Assembly (NCBI GenBank): GCA_963752515.1
Contig: CAVVYO010000006.1
Span: 274,284 to 338,283, forward strand
DNA: 64,000 bases
Origin: Candidatus Glassbacteria bacterium
GTDB taxonomy: Bacteria > Gemmatimonadota > Glassbacteria > GWA2-58-10
Direction: 5' to 3'
Below, in pieces: positions 48,475 to 56,717 of this stretch. The notes below the pieces were generated by a model, which saw nothing but the letters and a program-made list of their open reading frames with translations, was not told the DNA's origin and made no database searches. Both the position numbers and the translations under genes were made by a program. Position 1 is the stretch's first letter. The number at the start of each line of letters is the position of its first letter.

Positions 48475-49266
48475 TCAGGCGTATGGCCGCAGGCGGTCCG
48501 GGGCCGCCCGGGCCACCAGCGCCCGGGCCAGGGTCTCGGTCGGGTCGAACAGCGCCACCCCCGCCAGCTTTCGCTCCGGCAGGGCCAGCGGCAGCTCGGT
48601 GCAGCCGAGGATCACCGCCCGCGCGCCGCGGTCCGCCAGGTGCCGCACCGCCCGCAGGCACTCCGCCCTCGCCCGGGCGCTCACCGGGGAGGACCGGGCC
48701 TTGATCCCCCACTCCCGGTCGTAGATCGCCCGGTGCACTGTCGCGCGCATTTCCTCTTCCGGCAGGATCAGCTCCAGCCCGGGCCACCGGCCATAGACCC
48801 CGGAGGCATAGGTCCCCTGGCTGGCCAGCAGGCCCGCCCGCGCGCCCGCGCCCAACCGCTCCCGCACGAATTTTTCTGTCTCCTCGATCATGTCCACCAG
48901 CACGAGCGGCAGGCCCTCCCGGGCGATCCGCTCTTTCAGCGGCCCGAGGATCGCCGGGCTGTGGGCGGTGTTGCAGGCGATCGCCGCCAGGCGCACCCCG
49001 GCCCGGGCCAGGATTTCCAGGGCCTGGAACAGTCCCCCGGCCGGGTTCTCCGGCTCGCGCCCCAGCAGGAACTCGGTGCGGTCGGGGATCCTGCGCCCGG
49101 CGGAGAACAGCAGCACTTCCAGGTGCTCCTGGTCCGTGCCATCGGTGAGGGTGGCTTCGAACAGCTTGCGGTTGAGGTCCAGGCCCGCGAATGGCCCGAC
49201 CCCGCCGACGATCCCGATCAGGGGTGCTTGTTCCAACTCCGGCTCCAGGCTGCGATTCATCCCCAT
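48475..49266 (-). CDS. aspartate/glutamate racemase family protein (aspartate racemase-like)
   Basis: Starts MGMNRSLEPE.. at 49266. Contains IGIVGGVGP, the first catalytic Cys context (IACNTAH) and the second (LGCTELP). The ORF-track extension to 49386 runs into repeat copy C. Confidence 0.8.
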   Translation of the reverse strand: MGMNRSLEPELEQAPLIGIVGGVGPFAGLDLNRKLFEATLTDGTDQEHLEVLLFSAGRRIPDRTEFLLGREPENPAGGLFQALEILARAGVRLAAIACNTAHSPAILGPLKERIAREGLPLVLVDMIEETEKFVRERLGAGARAGLLASQGTYASGVYGRWPGLELILPEEEMRATVHRAIYDREWGIKARSSPVSARARAECLRAVRHLADRGARAVILGCTELPLALPERKLAGVALFDPTETLARALVARAAPDRLRPYA

Positions 49267-49297
49267 TTGAGCAACAACGGCGTGAAGACTGGATGAT

Positions 49298-49397
49298 CCG
49301 GGGGGAGGGCGGAAATCCCGTTGGTCGGGATTTTTCGCCCTCCCCCGGGGACGCCCTCCCCCCGATCCCCTCTCCCACTTTCCCAAACTTTTTGATA
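49298..49397 (-). repeat. dispersed box-plus-hairpin intergenic repeat, copy C (longer, imperfect)
   Basis: On the minus strand: ATCAAAAAGTTTGGGAAAGTGGGAGAGGGG (49396-49367), an ~18-nt insertion, then an imperfect hairpin at 49298-49348. Confidence 0.75.
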
Positions 49398-49453
49398 TTT
49401 AAGCACTTCGTATCGGACAGCAATCAGGATCAGGACGATGGACCCTCGCCGCC

Positions 49454-50437
49454 TCAGTGCAGCTCCAGCATATCGCCATCCTCGAGCGGCTCATCGCGGT
49501 TCACCATCTGGCCATCGTACTTGCCGGCGCTCCAGATCCGGGCGTACTTGAGGCTTTCGGCCAGCTCGCGGTGCACCGCCTCGGCAAAGGCAAGCACCGT
49601 GCTGCCGCGCGGCAGGACATAGGGGGCATCCCGCTCCTCCAGCTTCCGTCCCGGCGGCTTGGAGTAGACCCGGATCACCTCCAGCATCCGCCACAGCTCA
49701 TCTTTCAGATGCTCCAGCCCGTAGCCGGTGACTCCTGAGACCGGCAGCATCGGCAGCTCGCAGGCGCTCAGCTCGCGGAACAGCTCGAACTCCTCCAGCC
49801 GCTCCGGGTGATCCACCCCAGTGCAGGCTACCAGCATCGGGCGGGCCAGCGCCCCCGGCGGCAGCTCCTCCGGGAGGGCTCTAACCGGGAAGAGCTTCCT
49901 TTGCTCCAGGCGCCCCAGGGTGAACGCCAGGGCCTCCAGCGGATCGACCTCCAGGTTGACCACCACCAGCACCGCCTCGGCGGCCTTGACCAGGTCCGCC
50001 ACCCAGTGTTCCTCGTGCTCGGCCGAGAGCGGCGGCAGGTCGATCAGCTGCACCTGGACATCCAGGTAGGGCATCATCGCCGGCTGGGGAGCGCGGGTGG
50101 TGAACGGATAGGGGGCGACCTCCAGCCCGGCTCCGGTCAGGGTTTCCACCAACTGGGACTTGCCGCTGTTGGGCGGCCCGGCCAGGGCGATCTGCCCCGC
50201 GCCCTCTTTCCTGATCCGAAAGGAATGGCTTTTTTTCGACTTCTGCGCTTCCTGCTGGGCCTGTTCCCTGAGCCTGGAGAGCTTGCGCCGCAGGTCGGCC
50301 TGCAGGTGATCCGTGCCCTTGTGCTTGGGGATGATGCGGATCATCTCCTCCAGGCAGCGGACCTTGTCCTCGGTGGACTCGGCCTCGCGGAAAGCCTGCT
50401 CGGCCTCCAGGTACTGGGGGGTGAGATTGGCGGGCAT
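49454..50437 (-). CDS. DRG-type (Obg-superfamily) GTPase with C-terminal TGS domain
   Basis: N-terminal helical region, then G1 GPPNSGKS, G2 YPFTT, G3 DLPP. The TGS-like C-terminus (IRVYSKPPGRK...LPRGSTVLAFAEAVHREL...YARIW) is colinear with eukaryotic/archaeal DRG. Confidence 0.75.
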   Translation of the reverse strand: MPANLTPQYLEAEQAFREAESTEDKVRCLEEMIRIIPKHKGTDHLQADLRRKLSRLREQAQQEAQKSKKSHSFRIRKEGAGQIALAGPPNSGKSQLVETLTGAGLEVAPYPFTTRAPQPAMMPYLDVQVQLIDLPPLSAEHEEHWVADLVKAAEAVLVVVNLEVDPLEALAFTLGRLEQRKLFPVRALPEELPPGALARPMLVACTGVDHPERLEEFELFRELSACELPMLPVSGVTGYGLEHLKDELWRMLEVIRVYSKPPGRKLEERDAPYVLPRGSTVLAFAEAVHRELAESLKYARIWSAGKYDGQMVNRDEPLEDGDMLELH

Positions 50438-50461
50438 GGCGTTTCCTCCCGGGTGCGGGCC

Positions 50462-51322
50462 TCAGGCTCCGGCCGCGGCGGACTGTTCCAGGCGCAGCAC
50501 CGCCTCCTCCATCGCTCCGCCTGTGCCGAGCTGGCGTCCCTGCTCGAGCGACTGGAAATAGCGGCCGTGGAAGTCGGTGCCGCCGGTGGGGACCAGGTCC
50601 AGCTCCCGGCAGAGCGCGCGCAGGTGGTCGCGGGTCGATGGATCGTGCTTGGGGGTGTCGACCTCCAGTCCGGCCAGCCCGGCTGCTTTCAGGCGCTCCA
50701 CCTCGGCTCGCTCCGCCCGGTAGGGATGGGCCCAGACCGGGGCCCCGCCCGCGGCGCGGATCAGCCCGATCGCCTCCTGCGTGTCGACAAACGGCCGGGT
50801 GCGGGCGAACTCCCGGAAGTAGCTCACCAGGTAGTCCGGATCTTTGAACAGCGCCAGCGCCGAGGGCGAGTCAAAGGAGACATCCTCCAGCAACCCCTTG
50901 CGGTAGAGCAGGTCCAGCAGGTGGGACATGTTGGGGATGCCCCGGCCGGAGCGCTCGGCCAGCTCGGCCTCGCTCACCGGCAGCCCCAGGCTCTGCTGCA
51001 GCTCGGCCAGCTTGCCGTGCATGAAGCCCCAGGAGCACTGGCGCAGGCGTTCCAGGTAACGGGTGAGCGGGTTGTCTTCGGTGCTGATGAAATAGCCCAG
51101 CAGGTGACGGCCCTCGGTGGTGGTGAGCTCCACCCCGGGGATCACCCATATCCCGGCTTTCCTGCCGGCCCCGTTCGCCTCGGCCACCGAGGCGATGCTG
51201 TCATGATCGGTGATCGCCAGCCCCCGCAGCCCCAGTTCCCGGGCCATGGCGACAATCCCGCCCGGGGCGTGGCCTCCATCCGAGGCCATGGTGTGCACGT
51301 GCAGATCGTATTCGTAGCTCAA
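50462..51322 (-). CDS. PHP-domain metal-dependent phosphoesterase
   Basis: DLHVHTMASDG and ITDHDS motifs; 286 aa. Confidence 0.8.
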   Translation of the reverse strand: MSYEYDLHVHTMASDGGHAPGGIVAMARELGLRGLAITDHDSIASVAEANGAGRKAGIWVIPGVELTTTEGRHLLGYFISTEDNPLTRYLERLRQCSWGFMHGKLAELQQSLGLPVSEAELAERSGRGIPNMSHLLDLLYRKGLLEDVSFDSPSALALFKDPDYLVSYFREFARTRPFVDTQEAIGLIRAAGGAPVWAHPYRAERAEVERLKAAGLAGLEVDTPKHDPSTRDHLRALCRELDLVPTGGTDFHGRYFQSLEQGRQLGTGGAMEEAVLRLEQSAAAGA

Positions 51323-51476
51323 AGGCCTTCCTTATGCCGAGATTTTCCATTGTTTGCCATCGACAGTGCTGTTATTATAGGGATCGCGGCCGCCGGTGTC
51401 AACCACCTGCGGCAGATCGGCCCGGAGCGCGCCTCCCGGAGAGCCGCTCGACCACCATCGCCTGACAGGGATTGCC

Positions 51477-53024
51477 ATGGACAACAAGTTCCGCGAAAAA
51501 CTCACCCGGACTGACGAGTTCGTGATCTCGGTGGAGCTGGTGCCGACCCGAGGCTTCATCCGCAAGGATTTCGAGGAGCTGATCGCTTTCACCGAGCAGG
51601 CGGTGGCCTGCGGCCGGATCGATGCCCTGAGCCTGACCGACAATCCCGGCGGCAATCCCCGCCTCAGCCCGGACGTGCTGGGGCTGGACATCCTCTTCCG
51701 CGGGATGAGCCCGCTGGTGCATCTGACCTGCAAGGACCTCAACCGCAACGGGATCGAGAGCCGGGCCTTCCAGCTTGGCAGGATGGGGGTCGAGAACCTG
51801 CTGGCCCTGACCGGCGACTACCCCACCGATGGCTACCGCGGGATCGCCAAGCCCTCGTTCGACCTGGATGCGGTGGGGATGATCCGGATGCTGAGCGACA
51901 TGAACCGCGGGCTGCAGGTCGAGCTGCGGCCGGGCAAGTTCCAGGATCTGGAGACCACCGACTTCTTCATCGGCGCGGCGGTCAGCCCGTTCAAGCAGTT
52001 GCGCAGCGAGCTGGCCGGCCAGTACCTGAAGCTGGAGAAGAAGATCTTCAACGGCGCCGGCTTCGTAATCACCCAGCTCGGCTATGACGCGCGCAAGTTC
52101 GATGAGCTGCTGCGCTACATGCGGCTGGCCGGCCTGGGAAACATCCCGGTGCTGGGCAATGTCTATGTCCCCCACCGGATTGTCAGCCGGATCATGAACC
52201 AGAACCAGGTCCCGGGCTGTGTCGTGAGCGATGAGCTGCTGGAGTGGGTCAATCGCCAGGCGGCCTCCCCGGACAAGGGCAAGGCCGCATTCCTGGAGTT
52301 CGCCGCCCGGCAGGTGGCGGTGCTGCGGGGTCTGGGCTGCCGCGGGGCGCACATCGGCGGGTTCGGCCTGGGCTTCCGGGATGTGCTGCGGGTGATCGAG
52401 CTCAGCGACAGCCTGGCCCCGGACTGGCGCTCGTTCGTGGGCGAGCTCTCTTTCGCCCAGTCCGGAGCGCACTACTGGTTCCAGCCGGACCCGGAAACCG
52501 GGCTCAATACCGACCAACCCGCCCGGTCCGACTCGCGGGAGCGCGCGGCGATGGCCCCCTACCGCTTCATGAAGCTGCTGCACGCGACCGCGTTCGAGCC
52601 GGGCACCCCGGGCTTCCGCCTGGCGCGTGAGCTCTGTCGAAGGCTGGATGGCAAGGGCGCCGCGGCCGACATCTTCCAGGGCTTCGAGCGGATGGCCAAG
52701 CGCCTGTGCAACAACTGCCAGGAGTGCGGCGACTGTTCGCTGGATGAGCTGGCGTTCCTCTGCCCGGAGGCGGGTTGCCCCAAGGGCCAGCGCAATGGCC
52801 CCTGCGGCGGCTCCCGCGATGGGATCTGCGAGCGCCAGGACCGCACCTGCTTCTGGGTGCGGGTGCTGACCCGCCTGGAGCGCGATGGCGGCCTGGAGAG
52901 TGTCCGCAGCCCTGAGCCGGTCTTCCGCAACACCGCCCTTGACAAGACCAGTTCCTGGAGCAACTATTTCTTAGGGAAAGATCACAAGCGGATGGGGCAG
53001 GAAAAGCAGCAGCAGGGCAAGTGA
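51477..53024 (+). CDS. metF: methylenetetrahydrofolate reductase (MetF-like) fused to MetV-like Cys-rich C-terminal domain
   Basis: MetF-like N-terminal ~300 aa (ISVELVPTRG...LSLTDNPGGNPR...HLTCKD). The C-terminal domain has CNNCQECGDC, CPEAGCPKGQRNGPCGG and CERQDRTCFW. The start at ATG 51477 lies within ORF 51396..53024. Confidence 0.8.
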   Translation: MDNKFREKLTRTDEFVISVELVPTRGFIRKDFEELIAFTEQAVACGRIDALSLTDNPGGNPRLSPDVLGLDILFRGMSPLVHLTCKDLNRNGIESRAFQLGRMGVENLLALTGDYPTDGYRGIAKPSFDLDAVGMIRMLSDMNRGLQVELRPGKFQDLETTDFFIGAAVSPFKQLRSELAGQYLKLEKKIFNGAGFVITQLGYDARKFDELLRYMRLAGLGNIPVLGNVYVPHRIVSRIMNQNQVPGCVVSDELLEWVNRQAASPDKGKAAFLEFAARQVAVLRGLGCRGAHIGGFGLGFRDVLRVIELSDSLAPDWRSFVGELSFAQSGAHYWFQPDPETGLNTDQPARSDSRERAAMAPYRFMKLLHATAFEPGTPGFRLARELCRRLDGKGAAADIFQGFERMAKRLCNNCQECGDCSLDELAFLCPEAGCPKGQRNGPCGGSRDGICERQDRTCFWVRVLTRLERDGGLESVRSPEPVFRNTALDKTSSWSNYFLGKDHKRMGQEKQQQGK

Positions 53025-53058
53025 GGGCCGGTAAAAAACACCTTTATTCAAAAAATTT

Positions 53059-53123
53059 ATCCACGAAGGGCACGAAGCTTCACGAAGTTTTCTTATTCGT
53101 GTTTCTTCGTGCCCTTCGTGGAT
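53059..53123. terminator. long AT-flanked hairpin between convergent genes (probable bidirectional terminator or REP-like element)
   Basis: 19-bp perfect arms ATCCACGAAGGGCACGAAG (53059-53077) and CTTCGTGCCCTTCGTGGAT (53105-53123), plus an inner 6-bp stem (53081-53086 with 53096-53101). The CACGAAG heptamer occurs three times in the left arm. Confidence 0.5.
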
Positions 53124-53136
53124 AAACAAGCTTTCC

Positions 53137-54327
53137 TCACACCTCCCGGAAGTCGATCCGGCCCAGCACCAGGAATGGCAGCAACCCGCAGGCCGCCGAG
53201 ATCACAAACAGCCACTCGATCCCCACCGCCTCCATCACGTAGCCGCCGATCAGCACGTTGGTCTGGTCCAGCAGGTTCTTGACCGAGATCGCCACCGCGA
53301 ATGAGAAAGTCTCGATCCCCCGCAGCCGGCAACTGGCGGTGGCGATGGTGAGCAAAGCGATCGAGCTGAAAGCGTTGAAGAAGCCCCCGGCAAAATAGAT
53401 CGCCGGGCCGTTCCACTCGGCGATCCACAGGCAACTCAACTCGGCCGCGCTCCAGCCCAGCAGCGAGGCGACCAACAGGCCCCGCATCCCGGCGCGGGCC
53501 CGCAGCACCGGGAAGGAAAGAATCCCGGCCAGGATCCCCAGATAGTAGACCGTCGTGATCCGCCCCAGGAACTCCCCGCTGAACCGCTCGGCCAGGATCG
53601 GGTCGAAATAGGTAGCGGTGTCCGCCCCCAGCGCATAGAGCAGCAGCAGCAGCAGCAGCCAGCCGAATGCCGGACGGCCAAGCTGCTCCAGGCGTTGGCC
53701 GAAAGGAATCGCGGTGGCCATCGCCCCGACCGAGCCCGGCAGCGCCGCCTCCGGCGAGGGCGCGGCCTCGTAATCCTTCCGTCGGTAGAGCAGCACCGGC
53801 AGCAGCGCCGCCAGCGACAGCAACGAGAACAGGTAGTAAATCTGGATGAACGCCGCCGCGCCCTGGTCGATCCTTCCCCCGGCCCAACTGGCCAGCAGCA
53901 TCCCGCCCCCGAACCGGCAGGCGTAGACCAGGCTCTGGATGAAGCTGCGGTTGCGGGCGGTGCTCACCCGGACGATCATCCCATCGATGATCACATCCAG
54001 CACCGCCACCGCCAGCACCTTGAGGCTCACCCCGAGCGTCATCATCAGCGGAGTGCGGGCCGCGGCGATCACCAGCCAGCCCGCGACCGAGGCCAGCAAC
54101 CCCCCGAGCATGAACCAGCGGCGGTCGAAACCGCGCCACCAGTCGGCCAGGAAGCCGATCAACGGCTTGAGCACGATAAACCACAGCCCCCCCAGGAACA
54201 GCACGCGGCCGACCTGGGAGGGCGTGAAGGAGAGCACCTGCGAGAGGTAGACATTGAGCACGAAGGGGACCTCGGTGATCCCCTCCAGCAGGTAGATCGC
54301 GGCGAACAGCAGGTAGAGCCGGGCCAC
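53137..54327 (-). CDS. MFS transporter (folate-biopterin BT1-like, tentative)
   Basis: 396 aa with about 12 TM segments. The N-terminus is MARLYLLFAAIYLLEGITEVPF. The subfamily call is from recall only. Confidence 0.65.
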   Translation of the reverse strand: MARLYLLFAAIYLLEGITEVPFVLNVYLSQVLSFTPSQVGRVLFLGGLWFIVLKPLIGFLADWWRGFDRRWFMLGGLLASVAGWLVIAAARTPLMMTLGVSLKVLAVAVLDVIIDGMIVRVSTARNRSFIQSLVYACRFGGGMLLASWAGGRIDQGAAAFIQIYYLFSLLSLAALLPVLLYRRKDYEAAPSPEAALPGSVGAMATAIPFGQRLEQLGRPAFGWLLLLLLLYALGADTATYFDPILAERFSGEFLGRITTVYYLGILAGILSFPVLRARAGMRGLLVASLLGWSAAELSCLWIAEWNGPAIYFAGGFFNAFSSIALLTIATASCRLRGIETFSFAVAISVKNLLDQTNVLIGGYVMEAVGIEWLFVISAACGLLPFLVLGRIDFREV

Positions 54328-54374
54328 GGGAATCCCCCTGCGCTGACCGGAAGGTGAGAGCTTTCAGCCGCGGA

Positions 54375-55145
54375 TCAGACGATTACCCCCCGCTCGGAGC
54401 GGGCGATGAAATCGTTGAAGAGCTTGATCTCGGGGAGCTGCTTGAGCTCCCGGCGCGCCACTTCCAGCGCCTGGGAGATGTTGTACTGGCTGCGGAAGAA
54501 AATCTTGTAGGCCCGCTTCAACTCCAGCCGCACCTCCTCCGAAAACCCCTTGCGCTGGAGGCCGACCGTGTTCAGCCCGTTGAGCACGATCGGGTTGCCC
54601 ACCGCCATCAGGAATGGCGGGACATCCTTGGGCACCCGGCTCCCTCCGCCGATGAAGCTGTGCATCCCCACCTGCACGAACTGGTGGATGCAGGTCAGGC
54701 CGCTGATCGTCGCGTGGTCGCCGATCGTCACGTGCCCGGCCATGTTCACCGCGTTGGAGAGGATCACGTTGCTGCCCACCACGCAGTCGTGGGCGATGTG
54801 GCTGTAGGCCATAATCAGGCAGTCGCTGCCGAGCCGGGTGGCCGACTCCTCGGTGGTGGCCCGGTTCAGGGTGGCGAACTCGCGGATCGTGGTCCGGTCC
54901 CCGATCTCCAGGTAGGTGACCTGGCCCTTGAACTTCAGGTCCTGGCTGTCGCCGCCCAGGGCGGCCCCATTCCAGATCACGCACTCACGGCCGATCCGGG
55001 TGTTCTTGTAGATGAAGACATGGGGCCCGATCACTGTTCCCGGCCCGACCTGCACCTTGGGGCCGATCACGGTATACGGCCCGACTTCGACATCTTCCGC
55101 CAGCTCGACGGAGGGATCAATGATCGCTGTGGGATGAATCGCCAT
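54375..55145 (-). CDS. lpxA: acyl-ACP--UDP-N-acetylglucosamine O-acyltransferase
   Basis: [28 protein letters not shown] with hexapeptide repeats; 256 aa. Context is lpxD-lpxC/fabZ-lpxA. Confidence 0.92.
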   Translation of the reverse strand: MAIHPTAIIDPSVELAEDVEVGPYTVIGPKVQVGPGTVIGPHVFIYKNTRIGRECVIWNGAALGGDSQDLKFKGQVTYLEIGDRTTIREFATLNRATTEESATRLGSDCLIMAYSHIAHDCVVGSNVILSNAVNMAGHVTIGDHATISGLTCIHQFVQVGMHSFIGGGSRVPKDVPPFLMAVGNPIVLNGLNTVGLQRKGFSEEVRLELKRAYKIFFRSQYNISQALEVARRELKQLPEIKLFNDFIARSERGVIV

Positions 55146-55196
55146 GCCATCCTCTTGCCTGAAGAATCCATGACTGTGGCTTGCCCCGCCCCGCCC

Positions 55197-56566
55197 CTAC
55201 TCGAACCTGGTCTCGTCCGGCAGCCGGTCCCGGTCGACCACCATCGCCGTCATCTCGGCCTCGGCCACCTACTCGTTGCCCACGTAGCTGCAGCCCTTCA
55301 TCTTGCAGATGCGGTGGCGGAACTTGACCATCTCCAGCACGATCCGCAGCTGGTCGCCCGGGAACACCGGCTTGCGGAACTTCACTTTGTCCAGGCTCAT
55401 GAAGTACATCACCTTCGTTTCCGGGTCGGGCACGCTGTTCATCAGCAGCATCCCGCCGACCTGGCGCCATCGCCTCGACGATCAGCACGCCGGGCATGAT
55501 CGGGTGGCCCGGGAAATGGCCCTGGAAGAACGGCTCGTTGATCGATGACGTTCTTGATCCCCACGACCCGCTTCTCGGCCTCGAACTCCAGGATCCGGTC
55601 CACCAGCAGGAACGGATAGCGGTGGGGCATCATCTCCATGATCTTGCGGATGCCCATCACCATTTTCGGCTGATCGGGCTGCTGCTGGGCCAGTTGCTCG
55701 GAAGCCACCAGGATCGAGGACTGGCGCTGCTCCCGCTCCTCCAGGAAACGGCGGATCCGCCGCACCAGGTTGACATTGGAGGGGTGGCCGCTCTTGAAGG
55801 AGATCACGTGCCCCTGGATCGGCATCCCCAGCAGGTAGAGATCGCCCAGCAGGTCCAGGATCTTGTGGCGCACCAGTTCCTTGGGCGAGCGCAGCGGGGT
55901 GTCGTTGAGGATCTTGTCGCCGCTGATCACCACGGCGTTCTCCAGGCTGCCGCCCTTGATCAGCCCCAGCCGCTTGAGCTCTTCCACCTCTTCCAGGAAA
56001 GCGAAGGTGCGGGCCTCGGAAAGCTTCTCCAGGAAGCTGTCCGGGGTGATCTCCAGCGACTCGAACTGCGAGCCGACCATCTGGTTGGGGTACTCGATGT
56101 GGAAGCTGATTTTCAGACTGTCGTGGGGCAGGACCAGGAAATGGATGTCCTTCTCCTGGTAGCTCAGCGGCTCGGTGATCACCACCACTTTCTTTTCGGC
56201 ATCCTGCTGCCGGAGCCCGGCTTTGCGCAGCGCCTGCACGAAACATGAGGAGCTGCCATCGCCCGCCGGGGCCTCGATCCCATCGACTTCGATCAGGATG
56301 TTATCGATCCCCATCCCCGCCACCGCCGCCATCACGTGCTCCACGGTGTGAACCATGTAGCCGTTCTTGGCGATGGTCGTGCCGCGCATCACCTGGTTGA
56401 CGTTCTCCACCAGGGCGGGAATCCATGGCTTGGACTCGATGTCCCCGCGCACGAAGACCACGCCGGTGTTCTCCTCCGCGGGCCGGAAAGTCAACTGCGC
56501 CTTGTTGCCGGTGTGGATACCGATGCCCGAGCAACCCACAGGACGGGCAATGGTCTGCTGCTTCAT
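55197..56566 (-). CDS. lpxC: bifunctional UDP-3-O-acyl-GlcNAc deacetylase / 3-hydroxyacyl-ACP dehydratase (LpxC-FabZ fusion), with 2 frameshifts and 1 in-frame TAG in the FabZ part
   Basis: The LpxC part is intact (ORF 55442..56566: ...TVEHVMAA...[10 protein letters not shown]). FabZ is split over three frames ([11 protein letters not shown] / [11 protein letters not shown] / [12 protein letters not shown]...FPGDQL). An in-frame TAG lies at 55269-55271, followed by [10 protein letters not shown]. The true stop is at 55197. Confidence 0.85.
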
Positions 56567-56717
56567 GAAACGCTCCTTGGGGCAGATCCGCCGGCCGTGG
56601 TCACCGGCGGAAGGATTGCTTTCCGCCGGACGAGCGCCGGCCGGTCGTCTGAGTGTATGCCAGCGTTGCTGTCAGTGGAAACAGTTGGGGTGCGCGAGGA
56701 ACAGCACATCAGGGCGA

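Noticed and set aside
48329-48724. ORFs running through the repeat copies that share a KKFGKV-like peptide (21273..21470, 48329..48724, 48464..49423), and the small ORF 21295..21534.
   Set aside because: The conserved box is read in different frames in different copies (IEKVWESER vs KKFGKVRG). The ORFs read through hairpins and terminators and overlap real genes. The similarity is at the nucleotide level, not the protein level.
55269-55271. The in-frame TAG inside fabZ as evidence for stop-codon reassignment.
   Set aside because: TAG is used as a genuine terminator elsewhere in the window: both beta-helix genes end in TAG (19882-19884 and 21264-21266), each at the expected C-terminus. I found no other in-frame TAG in conserved genes. 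The site also sits next to two frameshifts.
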